Shown here one piece after another: positions 1-11,100 of a stretch of DNA of 40,030 nt. The translations under genes and the position numbers were made by a program. How positions within the stretch are numbered: the stretch's first letter is position 1; each line of letters opens with the position of its first letter. The notes beneath the pieces are model-generated. The model did no database searches. It saw nothing but the letters and a program-made list of their open reading frames with translations, and was not told the origin of the DNA. This stretch comes from Folioceros fuciformis (taxonomy: Eukaryota). Location of the stretch: the NCBI GenBank assembly GCA_049999805.1, contig JBNGIO010006373.1, positions 18,201 through 58,230 of the forward strand. The letters are read 5' to 3'.

Positions 1-999
1 GCCCGTTCTGCCCATGCTGCCCGATCGCTGCCCCGCTGCCCGGAAAGCTGCCCGTCCTGCCTCCCTCCCCTTTTTCCCATTTCCTTTATTATTATTATTA
101 TTATTGCTATTTTCTGAGAGATAATTCTACAAAGCATGAACCTTTCCAACCTCACTTGGTCGACAATTTGAACTGTCCCGGGACCCCAGGATCAATTTTC
201 CATGGCCGAGGAACAATTTTGGCTGGAAGCCGATTCTGCTGATCTCACTTCTTCCGAGCTCTTGCCTATCTTCTCCCACTGCTCATACTCCTCCCGTGGA
301 GACAGGCTCAGCCACTCAGGGGGAACAGTTGCAGGGGAAGGCTTTGCGGGCAGCCATCCAGTAAGGAAGAGACGGCGTTTGCAAGAACTTTGAAGATTAG
401 GCATCCTTCAAAGTCTCAGGGTAGTTTAAGAGGTGGTAGAGGTCAGCAGGTTGTAGGGCCAGCTCATTGGCGGCAAGATGTGCTAGGAAAGTCTAAATAA
501 GTGGCTGGTGACAGCCGGCTAGGCTAGTGGTCCTATTAAAATAATATTTGTCAAGTTAGAGAGAGGTGAAGTCAGAGAGAGAGAGGCTCCTATAAGATCA
601 GGTGAGCCTGTAGGAGGCACGTTGTCACTTTGCGAGCTCTCTCAGACCGTCCCTGCTTGGATACAGCAGTGTGTGTGCCGGCTGTGCATGTGTCCAGCGT
701 CTGGTAAAGCTTTGAGAAGTGGTGGCCAGGGTTAAGGGTAGGGTCCCTTTTAATTCTTGATCGTGCTCTCCGTGTCGTGTCCCCATGATCTATCATTTTC
801 GTTTCCTCGCAGGACTGGAATGAGTGCCGACCATGCTTGCATGGTGTCTGGTAGGATCGTGGGTGGCGGCATGCTTTTCTTTGCGGTTAGTCTAGTGACT
901 CTTGCCAGGTAGGGGGAGTCAATAGGAAAGCGTTGAAAATGTAGGTTTTTTCAAACCTTCAAGCGATTCCTGCACCACTCCTTGCGCGTTCGGGAGAGC

Positions 1000-2330
1000 A
1001 GGAATGCGCGACCTGTGCTAGTTAGCAACCACCTTATCGAAAAAGAATTTAGACGGACTGTCCCCTTCCTTTTACGGACGGACTTACCCATTTAACCTTC
1101 GCCCGTTTAAACCACCCTCTGGCTCTATCTTCTTCCAATTTGGCCAAGGTGCACTGCACCTTTGTATTTCGGGCTTCTTCTTCGATTGTGAAGTCCCGCT
1201 CCTCACAACTCCTTTGTAGCCAGCTTAGTTCCTCTCTCCAAAAACATTCTTGCTAGCGCAATTCCTTCGCCCTTTGGACCCTCTGTTTCCTCAAATACCT
1301 AGTCGCGACATTGTTAGCACATATCAATTTGGACACAGTAGGCTCTTTGCCCTGCCAGATGTTTTTGACCTCCTCAAACACTCCTTTTTCCTTAAGTAAG
1401 GACGTGTTCATCCGAAAGTTTTGCATATGCCTCCCCTGCCTCTCCGAGGTAGGGGCAAGCCTCAAGTGCAAGCCAATAGGGTGATGATCCGACAGGACTG
1501 TACCAGCAAGGATACTGTACGACCGCACAAGGGATAACCAACCAGACGGAACATAGAATCTGTCCAATTTGCACGCTCCCAAATTCTGCTGCTATTGGTT
1601 AGTTCAGCTGAACTTCAAGGATTGCAGCTGATGGTGTGCTAGGAGGGCCAACCACGGATCCTAAACAGCCAAGACATTATCTCTCAGTTCCTGCCAAGAC
1701 ATGGGTACCGACCGAATATCTAGTGGGCTCTCTCCTCGGATATCTTCTTGTCTTTCAACAAAGTTGAAATCCCTAGCCAACATCCATGGTATCTGCACAT
1801 CCAGATGTTCCCCCAGCCTACCCCAGAGACTACTCTTGTCAGAGGCAGCATTGGGGGCATAAATATTACAGATGCCGAGTGGGCCTTGAGGTGTTTGTAG
1901 CACCAGCCACACAAACCTACCACCCTCATCTTGACCCGACTCCAAGATATTGTGAGTGTGTTCTGGGTGAACAGTTATGGACACCCCCCCNNNNNNNNNN
2001 NNNNNNNNNNNNNNNNNNNNNNNNNNNNNNNNNNNNNNNNNNNNNNNNNNNNNNNNNNNNNNNNNNNNNNNNNNNNNNNNNNNNNNNNNNGTCGGATAAT
2101 CCCCTCCGCTTGCTTCCTCTACTCTAGCTGCCACCCATTCAGTTCTACTTGGAAGGAAGAGCTTCTTCACTTTTTGAATATGCTCCATAGAGAGCTTATG
2201 CTCTTGCAGGCAAACAACATCCCAAGTGACCTTCTCTTCTAATAGGTGCTTCAGCCTACTACACTTTGAAGCCGTCTCTGACCATCCCCTTAAACCCCTC
2301 ACATTCCATGAAATGATCGATTGTTGTCAT
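1000..2330 (-). mobile_element. Degenerate L1/Tx1-like LINE ORF2 fragment (apurinic endonuclease domain and linker), truncated and interrupted by an assembly gap
   Basis: Minus-strand translation gives the APE motifs in order: IISWNVRGL (from ~2317), DVVCLQEHK, GGVSITV, GRFVWL, ICNIYAPN, ARDFNFV, KLDRFYV, SDHHPI, then RAKVKW...EGDSPSKFFF (~1030-1105). Stops and frameshifts lie between them. No RT domain was recognised downstream. Confidence 0.88.
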
Positions 2331-3057
2331 TGTAATACAAGTCTGTGAATGCCTCAATGTTTTCCTTAAAACTTGCACTCGCAAGCTCAGATTATCAGCT
2401 GAAGTTCAGCACGTCGAAGGCTAGTATGTAGAGCCACATCGGAGCGGATCACGTGGCACTGTGGGATTGAGCAGCAGCACCATTAACACTCCATTCAAAG
2501 CACCAGTAATGCATGAATATGTTTGCCTAGTAGGTCCATGGGCTTTGGGTTGCTGGCTTGCAGCAGGTCAGTTCCCAAATTATGCTACATACACGCTCTC
2601 GAGATGAGGTCGAGAGAAAGTGGTCGCAATCCACAGGCCTCTATGGCAAAGCTTCAGATCGTGCAGAGCTCTAGGTAACCCAAGCTTGAATTATTTCAGA
2701 GTTTGCTAGCAATGGCTTTTGAAAGCTTGCTTTTATCCATATCGACCCAACCTTGAATTGTTTTAGAGTCTCCCAATAGTTGGGAGAGGCTTCTGATGCT
2801 TTCTTTTAACCAGATAGACCTAAGAGTGAATTATTTTACAGCCAAGGCTGCCTTTCGGCCCATCAGGCGCAGCACATAGGAACACCCAGTGAAGAGGAGG
2901 GAGCCGCAATATTTCCTGGTATCCCAACCGAAAGAGGAGAAAACCTAGAGGATCGCCTCGAATATTGATTCCAACAAAATTTAAGGATGACATGTGCTAG
3001 AAAATTCTATTAATTAATGATTCAAGCCAAAGGCAAAAAGGGGCAAAAGCTCCTTCC

Positions 3058-3385
3058 AATATCATTCTCAAAAACTACCTATTGCTCCCAAAGTGTCATG
3101 ATGTGGAATAACAAAAGGCCTACTTACCACCGGTGCTGAAGAAGCCGCTTGACCTGTGCTTGTTGCTGTTCTAAAAACCGTATTGGCCAATGCTTGTTGC
3201 AAAACAATGGATACGCATTGTGGAAAGAAGGGCACCACATAGAAAAGAAGAAGAACACCATTCCTATTGCTCTGTTAAACCTTGGCACACTCCTTTATAA
3301 ACCTTGAAAAGTCCTTGCTCATAGCCCCATGAGTCTCAGAAGTAAGGGGGATGAAAGTATGCCCGTCTTGTAAGGGAGAATACTC
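3058..3385 (-). mobile_element. 3' fragment of a CRE-like (restriction-like endonuclease) non-LTR retrotransposon, copy 1
   Basis: Minus strand reads YSPLQDGHTFIPLTSETHGAMSKDFSRFIKECAKV*...PFFPQCVSIVLQQALANTVF. This fits the Y...F.P.A.ET.G......F....A...Q..SI.LQ...A C-terminus typical of CRE-clade RLE elements. The DNA is clearly homologous to 26886-27275. Confidence 0.6.
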
Positions 3386-3559
3386 CTACATACTGTATTT
3401 CATCCACCATATTACAGGAGAATACTATATTTCTTTCGTAGTACAGTAGAAAAAAATACATGACATACATAGGCAAGTTGACATGTGTCCGAGTATGGTG
3501 AACAAAACGGCTCCTGCTATCCTACAAATGATTTTCCAAGAGCATTTCCAAAGGCGGTC

Positions 3560-4620
3560 CCCAGGAAAAGGCTATACGCAACTTGAACGCAAGTAGCGCC
3601 AATCATCAACACCGTAAAGAGGTGTTAAATGTGGTAGCCGTGTACAAAGGGATAGGAGTATGGACTTCATGCATAAGAGATCCAAAGATGATCGATAGTT
3701 ACATGGACGATAGGGTACGTGCAACCATTCATGGATTGAGCGATTTCTTGTGGCCAGAGTCATGAAGACAATGCCACACCACATTTGCGGAAAACTCTAG
3801 AATCTGGCATTGCGGTGCATGTTGGTTGAACGGGAAGGAGGGGGTAGACGCAATAATCATATCAAGTCTACATACATACTTGAATGCAATCATGGGTGCA
3901 AGATCCAATGCACAACAAGTGATCTGTGAACAACTTGGCTTGTACAGAACCGAAAGCGGATTATTTGGATCAAGCCATGGATCAAGCCATGCGCAATATG
4001 ATAGGGCAACAGAGTCTATGAACCCTACCCTGTGGTAAGAGAATTATGGGGCATCAACACCTCAACTCCAAAGGCTTGCCATCCGCATCTTGTCTTAGCC
4101 TTCTAGCTCTTTTGCTTGTGAAAGGGCCTGGAGCACATACGAACTCATTCATTCAAAGAAAAGGAATAGGCTGATACCTCAACGAGATGAGAAGTTGGTG
4201 TATATCCATACAAATCTGAGACTACTAGCAAAGGTGAAGGCAATGTCACAATACCTTGTTGAAGATTGCCTTGAAGGACATGAGGAGGAGGATGGGGAGG
4301 AAAAACTTGATCCCAACTCTGAGCATGATGGTGAAAACTTGGATCTCGAGCTTGAACGGTAGGTTATTCTTGCTGGAAATGATGCTCGGTGCCTTTCATT
4401 GTGATTTTGAGTATTATCTTTTCATGCTGATATATCTATTATTTATTAAGTATTTTACTACCCATACTTTATAGTCCATATTCCTTATTTATTAAGTATT
4501 TTAGCACCCATACTTTATAGTCCGTTTTAGCATAACAATGTATTGAGAATAAATATAATCGTAAAATTCGTGGTACCATACTTCGCACGTTCCACGAATT
4601 TTACATACCGGGTAACTATG
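3560..4620 (+). mobile_element. Degenerate hAT DNA transposon 3' half (C-terminal dimerization domain, subterminal repeats, probable 3' TIR)
   Basis: 4021-4230 translates NPTLW*ENYGASTPQLQRLAIRILS*PSSSFACERAWSTYELIHSKKRNRLIPQRDEKLVYIHTNLRLL, the hAT dimerization-domain signature with in-frame stops. An acidic tail follows, then a duplicated ATTTATTAAGTATTTTA..ACCCATACTTTATAGTCC (4441-4523). The element ends in CCGGGTAACTATG (to 4620; reverse complement CATAGTTACCCGG), a hAT-like terminus. Confidence 0.85.
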
Positions 4621-5685
4621 GGTGAGGTATGCTTAGTAAATAAGCTTGCCAGCCTGCACCTTGTCAGCATCCTACCGTCAGCAACGTGGGTGTCCCAAGT
4701 GCCGGAGTCTCTCCTGGAGTCGAAATTTATGTAGTAAATACAGTGCCACTAGCCTAAATTTACACCGACCTATTAGCCTAAATTTCCTGTGTCACCAATG
4801 GTCTGCATCCTTACTCCAACTCAGATGAGAAGTTTGCAACTTGCAGACTACCTCGCTTTCTGGAGCTGGACAGTCCTTGAACTTCCCAAACAACAGCTAA
4901 CACAGTTGCGAAGAATACTTCTAGTCCACAAGAAAGGGCCGCTACCCTTTACAACTCTAAGTTGCCAGCTATAGGTAACCCCCAAACACGAATTCTGTCA
5001 GAGTTAGTGAAAGTCTCGTGTAATCTGACGCAACGGAATAATATCGGGTGCATAGGGATGGCCTTCGCCGACAACATACGGCAGAGATATTTTAGTACCG
5101 TTGCTACTTTCACATTCAGGTAGACAGAGTACATTTTTTGCGACTTGTGTTTCGATGAAGTCTCCGTCCTCCCATACGGGAGAGGGGAGCCAGGCATTGC
5201 TCTTTGCTTGCCCTTCCAACCATTTGTACCTTCCTCAAGGTTCATTCGTTCCCCTTCCAATCCTCCATATCTAACACAGCTTTTCTACATTGATTTAGTC
5301 TCCACAACGCTGTGGCTTCATGGAGATGGACTTTGATAATTATAACCTATGAAGGGAAACATCTTTGAAAGCGATATGCAGTGCCTTCGACAAGATCCCA
5401 CAAGTGATGCCAACAAAGACAAATTCTCACGACAATGTGGCTAGACATCACCTAGTAAGCCATTTACCCAATAAATCTGTGGCCAGGAACTCGGTTCCTG
5501 ATCTTGCTTTTATGAGGACCCTGTTCAAGCAGATACAAGTAAGCACATCATTGGTTTCACTCGGCGAACATGAGAGGGAGAGGGAGAGAGTTGCATGATC
5601 TCGTACCTTAAACGTAAGGATCCAATCTGTTCGAGGTGCAGGCTTCAAGCTGAGTCACATGCCTTCTATGACACACCACCCCATT

Positions 5686-6440
5686 CTACTTTCTCTTGAA
5701 GCTCCGTGGTTGCCGCTGATTCCTCTTCTCTGCCGTCGCTAGCTTGGTGAGACTAGGCCTGTAAAGCAAAACGGTGCCGCCGATCCTTTCTACAACTTGA
5801 GCCTCTGTTCGCTGCTCAAGCTGAGCCTGCATCTCCTCCAGCTCTTCCGGGCAGTTGGACAGTATCCTGACCTGCACGCCAACGAGTGCATGATTCAGCC
5901 CTGTGCAAGAAAGTGCACGAACAGACTGTCGCACAGACAGTGCAGTTAACGGCTGGCATGCCTTCATTAGCTCGTGGGCCTCTAAAGCGTCGCTGAGATT
6001 CTTCACCACCGAAGGAGTTATTCCCAGTTTCCCCACCTGCAAAGGCAGAGAGGAAGGTGAGATGGACCAGCCCCTGGAGACGGAAAGTGCAGGTGGTGTC
6101 GGGAACTCACATGCTGGATCACAATGTCCTTCTTCCGCTGGTGTGCGAATGCTCGCAGCTCCTTCATCTCCTTCTTGTCCAGCAGCCGGAAAACCCTTCT
6201 AACAGGCCCACCGTCAGGCCCAGCCTGCGGCACTGCGCTCGGCTCAACGAGTCCGACAGCGGCCCCATTCCTAGTTGGAGTTGTGGTGGAGGCGGCGCAG
6301 AGCCGGACGAGCGGAGCTCGCGCGAAATCCACTTGCCAGCCACTGCGAGCTCCAGATCGCCAGGAGGAGCCTGATCCCGCCAGAGAGTAGCGGCATCTGC
6401 TTGCACTTGCACAAGGCTGGATTTGCCTGAGAGCCATCAT
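5686..6440 (-). CDS. CRM (CRS1/YhbY) domain RNA-binding protein, probably organelle-targeted; 3 exons
   Basis: Exons are 6440-6111, 6036-5962 and 5871-5686. Intron 1 is GTGAGT..TGCAG (74 nt) and intron 2 is GCATGC..TGCAG (90 nt). The spliced product LDKKEMKELRAFAH..VIQHVGKLGIT..ALEAHELMKVRIL..VERIGGTVLLYRPS matches YhbY/CRM. The Ser/Arg/Ala-rich N-terminus resembles a transit peptide. Confidence 0.9.
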
Positions 6441-6697
6441 GGCTCCACTCTCAGATCACACGAAGGCCTCAACTCTTCCACATTCACAATGCCTTCACAT
6501 CAGAAAGTGTCTCAGAAGATGTCCTGCTGACCATAAATCACGATGTCGTCCCTGCTTAGGGCTCTCGTCCAAGGACCAAAGTTGCCTCATCTTCTTAAAA
6601 CCGAACACTAAGAGAGGTTAGCGAAACCGGGGGTACTGGGGCCCTGGCGTGATGGGCCAATGGATGAGCGACGCTGTCTTCGTCCTGCTTGGGTGCC
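6441..6697. promoter_or_regulatory. Putative bidirectional promoter between the CRM and DUF309 genes
   Basis: Only 257 nt separate two divergent start codons. The interval contains site-II-like GGGCC motifs (~6639-6658) and an overlapping CCAAT. Confidence 0.5.
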
Positions 6698-7531
6698 ATG
6701 AGCAGGATGGTGTGCGGCGAAGCGTCAACCAAGTTGGCCTGCGGCTGGTGTCATGGGGTTGCGAGTAGGAAGATTTTCAGTCATGATGCCCAAGAGAAGG
6801 GTTTGGGTTACCCTTGGAAGGAGCAAGGGGAGGTCTCTCATCTTCAAGCATGGCTGCCCACTGGCCGCCGTATTTCTCTCGAACGAGGCAAACGTTTTCG
6901 AACGAGAAGGTCTCGTCACCGTACCATTGCGAATGGGTACCGGTGGGACGACGACGAAGTAGATGAGGCGATGTCCTCGTCATTCAGTTTTGCAGATGGA
7001 GTGCGGCTGTTCAACTCTGGAGACTACTACTCCTGCCACGATGTCCTGGAGGGCTTGTGGAATGATGCGAGGGAGCCTCAGCGCAGCATATTGCATGGCA
7101 TTTTGCAGTGTGCTGTGGCCCTTTACCATCTTCTGAACCAGAATCACCGAGGGGCCATGGTGGAGCTCGGGGAAGGGTTGAACAAGCTTCGAAAAATGCG
7201 GTTCAAGGAGGGCCCGCTGCAAGAATTCGAGCAAGACTTTTCAGCAGTGCTGGAGTTTCTATACAGCACACAGTTGGAGAATGCTGCCTGCGGGGATGAA
7301 AGTTGTGCCACCATGGATGGGTCTGAGATGTCTTATCGTCTCCTTGGCAACTTCGCTGCCGGGAGTCCACTGTACAGTTTGCAACTTGACCAAGATGGCA
7401 CTCCTCTCAACATCCTGTTCGTGCCCGAAAGGCTTGCAGATGATGGTGAAGACATTGTTGCCGCTGCTGCAATTAGGGTGAAGCTGCCACGGTTATCTGC
7501 ATCCGAGGAAGACCTTTACAGATATTTCTAA
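6698..7531 (+). CDS. DUF309 domain-containing protein, intronless, with an N-terminal transit-peptide-like extension
   Basis: The first ATG is at 6698. The motif FADGVRLFNSGDYYSCHDVLEGLW....EPQRSILHGILQCAVALYHL.NQNHRGA is the DUF309 signature. Confidence 0.9.
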   Translation: MSRMVCGEASTKLACGWCHGVASRKIFSHDAQEKGLGYPWKEQGEVSHLQAWLPTGRRISLERGKRFRTRRSRHRTIANGYRWDDDEVDEAMSSSFSFADGVRLFNSGDYYSCHDVLEGLWNDAREPQRSILHGILQCAVALYHLLNQNHRGAMVELGEGLNKLRKMRFKEGPLQEFEQDFSAVLEFLYSTQLENAACGDESCATMDGSEMSYRLLGNFAAGSPLYSLQLDQDGTPLNILFVPERLADDGEDIVAAAAIRVKLPRLSASEEDLYRYF

Positions 7532-8147
7532 TGCGGGCCGGCAGATACCGATCACAAAGCATCTTCTGTCGTAGGAGAGCTTTAGTGTGGCTTCTTCTGA
7601 GTGAAGAAGATCATCACAGTAATATCGCGTAAGGTTGAAATGATAGTTATAAGGATGCAACGGTGCTTTCTGCCAACGAACAAGCGTTACCCTGCTCCCT
7701 AGCAAGCAAACAGCAGCTGGTGACGATTGCCAAGTCCAGATCCGAGCATTAACTGTCATGGCATTCGTCCGAACCAACATAAGGAAATTGGAACGTGTGG
7801 TGTAAATGCCAAGTTTTGAATAAAAGTATTTGAATACATAATTACGTGGCAAATTTGTAGCTAACAGCATGCAATAGTAGGTGAAATTCAACTAGGATCG
7901 GACACCAAAGGAGCAGACGTCTTGGATTGATTGTAGGAACATTTATCTGACAATGATGTTATCCAGGTTTGGCTATCCCTGAGAGAATTTCAGAACGCTG
8001 GCACATTCTCTTGAACAAATTCAAGCTAAGTCTCAACGTTGCAACCCAGTCCCCCCCTCGAGGATAAAGAGACTGGTGAATGGCGAGAGCTTAATGATAA
8101 TGTACAAGCTGAGAGCTGCGACTGGGAATGAGAGTAAAGCTACGCGT

Positions 8148-11100
8148 CTACTTGCTACCCTTAGGACTGGGACTTCGATCCCTCTCCCTTTCTCTACTTC
8201 TCTCTCGGTTTCTTTCAATGCTTTTCTCCTTGCTCCTTTCTCTACTTCTCTCCCGGCTCCGCCCCCTACTTCTGCTGCGAGACCTGTCTCTTTCGCGCTC
8301 TCTCCCACGACTGTCTTTGTCCTTTTGTCGGGAACCACCGTCCCTATGTCTCTCCTTGCTCCGACTGCGACCACGATCCCTGCTTCGACTGCGCTCCCTA
8401 CTCCTGCCCCTGCTTCTGCCACGGTCTCTACTCCTGCTGCGGTCCCTTCGAATTTTTCTGGGATCTCTACTCCTGGTTGAGTTGGCACTGTAAGGATCAC
8501 CTGACCGACCAGGATATGCATCCCTTGCATTCAAAATCTCTCTCTGCCTCAGAGCTGCAGCAGTGTCCTTGATCTCTACAGGCTTCCGGGTTGGATATAG
8601 AGTCCTCTGATACTGGTTGGGATGCTGCCACTTCGCCATACCTACCCCTCCTACACCAGCGCCCACAGCAGCACCCACAGGCCCTCCCGTTTGCGTAGCA
8701 GCAGGAGCGGCTCTGTTTGCAGCACCTGCATCTGGAAGCAGCTGCTGGGGAGCTGGGCCCCGCACCCATGATGTTGGATCACCGGGCATAGCTGCACGAG
8801 CCCTGTCAACAGCAGCAAACCTTTGCTGTTGAGCTGCAAAGACTCCAGGAGTGGTAGTGTTCAACATAGACATTGCTGGCCGAGGAGCCTGGAAGTTGGT
8901 TGCTCCTGCTGGCATTGGAGCCCTCCATTCTGGCATAGCATTACTCCTCAACTGCTGATCCATCACTCCACCCCTGGCTGCAAACTGCTGCTGCAAAGAA
9001 GAAAGAGCAGCACCAGGAGCACCGAACGACTGCCCTTGCACACTGGAGATATGGGTGGCACCCCTTGACATGAGAGTATCTGACTCCACCTGGCCACCAG
9101 GATAATCCCTGCGCCCACCAGCAGTGAGAAAGGCCACATCCTGTGGCATGGGCAAGGAGGGCAGATTGTTGACAGTGGGCTGCGGCTGGTTCCCCATGTA
9201 ACGTGGATCCATGACAGGAAGCACCCTCTGCTGTTGCTGCTGTGAGTAGGCAGCAACAGGTGGTACGCCAGGTGCTTGCTGCAAGTTGTAAGCGGGAGCA
9301 GCAGCAGGCGTGGAAGCTGAAAAGTCTGGAGCGTTGTGCATATCACTGTAGTATCGAGCAGCAGCAGCAGAAGGGTGAGGATATACCGGTACACCACCAG
9401 AATTCATCAAAGTCTGCTCTTTAGGCAGCTCAACACCGAAATGACCCTGGCCTGACTCGGGATTGAGACTTCCGGAGCTCTTGATCGCAAGGTCACTTGC
9501 TCCAGACGCCACCTGGTGACCCATTGTTGTTGCCCTTTGAGTAGCGCTGCCAAAATCAAACTCTGGAAGATCATCTTCGTCCGTTGGGGAAGGCGGCCTC
9601 TGCGCTAGGGGACCTCTGGGCCAAAAGCCTGGAGGTGCCTCCATCATCTGCTCTTTCTTGGTCGTCAGAAGCTGCGAAGCAACTCGGGGATCTGCATGGG
9701 CGGATAGTTTGGACATAGGAGATGGAAGAGCAGAAGAAAGTGCAACTCCCGCGCCGGACCCTGATTGACCTCTGCTTGCAGCATCAGGAGCAAACGGAAA
9801 TGCAGGTGAGGGTCCTGGGAAGAAGCCTGGAGGAACATCTGCAAGATCGTGATCCTCATTCGCCCCCCGAGAGGGCAAATTCGTCTGTTGGCGAGGCGCC
9901 AAGGAGCTCTCTTTGCTCAACCCTGCAACAGACCTTTCCTCGGCGCCTTGCACTCCTCCAAGGGGAGCAACAGGCTGCTGCTGATAATTTACAGAATTCG
10001 TGACAGACGGCGATTGCCGGAAGGAGTCTCTAACAGGAGTTCTTGTGGAGGGATCACTTTCAACATGCTTTTGCATTGATAATCCATGAGTGGATACATG
10101 AGCCGAAGATGAAGCAGATCCTTTTCTGGAAGATGTCATACCCGACTTTGCAGCCTCAGCTTGACTAGGGGACACGGTGGACTTTCCTGAAAATCCAACT
10201 CGCTTATTGTTCTGGTTAGGACCCCTACTCGGCACACTAGACTGCATCTGGTTTTTGCGCCACACGACCACACCCATGAGCAACTCTTCCCCCTCACCGA
10301 TGACGGAACTACTGTTCTGAGGATGCCCATGCTCAGCCAAAAGCTTAGTAGTATCATTTCCAGGAGGTAGCAGATATAACTCAAAGCCAGGCGAAGGCTC
10401 AGCATATCCTACTCTCTCTCCTGAGCGATACTGTTCTGCAACCTGCAGATGCCATGTAGAGTGTGTTATCAGACACACTTCTGCTAACCCTTCCCTCTCC
10501 ACGTCTTATAAGTTTCATGTGCCCCCCACCACATTATCACAACACTATTGTTCCTCAGGGACATTCTCGACATGTTCCACATTCACAGCAGCTGGGCGAA
10601 AGATAGCCTACCTCGGTCAGAAGATTAGCAGGCCCACCCTCTTGTTCCTCCTGCTTGCAAATTGAGAGAACCTGAGAAAAATAAATATCGACTCCGAACT
10701 GTTATTAATGCTTTTATGGAAAACCTGCGAAGGAGATAAAGCCACCATGGACTCTGCACACTACACCTCTAGACCTTCACTCACTGCTAATTGTACATCC
10801 TATTCAAGAGACATCCATTCCACAAAAAAGATGGATAACTGTAGCATCCAAAGAACATAAATAAAGCCGACGAAAACAAGCCCACTCACAGGATGAAGGC
10901 TTCAACCTTCAAGTCAGTACTACATAATTCCAGTACTTCTTGTGACTGTGCAGCTAAAGGCATCGGGCCATGAGGAGGCCAAAAGCTGGAAGACTTCTTT
11001 CCAGGGAACTCAGTATCACAAAGACCACGCTTGCCTGTACGAAACTCAGAAAGCGAACTTGTTTCCGATCAACGGTTCAGGAAGCCACACCCGTTCATGG

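Noticed and set aside
4949-5260. Short minus-strand ORFs (103 and 71 aa) between the hAT end and the CRM gene
   Set aside because: There is no recognisable domain, the starts are non-ATG and no convincing splice structure was found.
8033-8530. Alternative-frame and antisense ORFs (121-165 aa) over the RS-rich tail
   Set aside because: These are shadow ORFs caused by low-complexity coding sequence.
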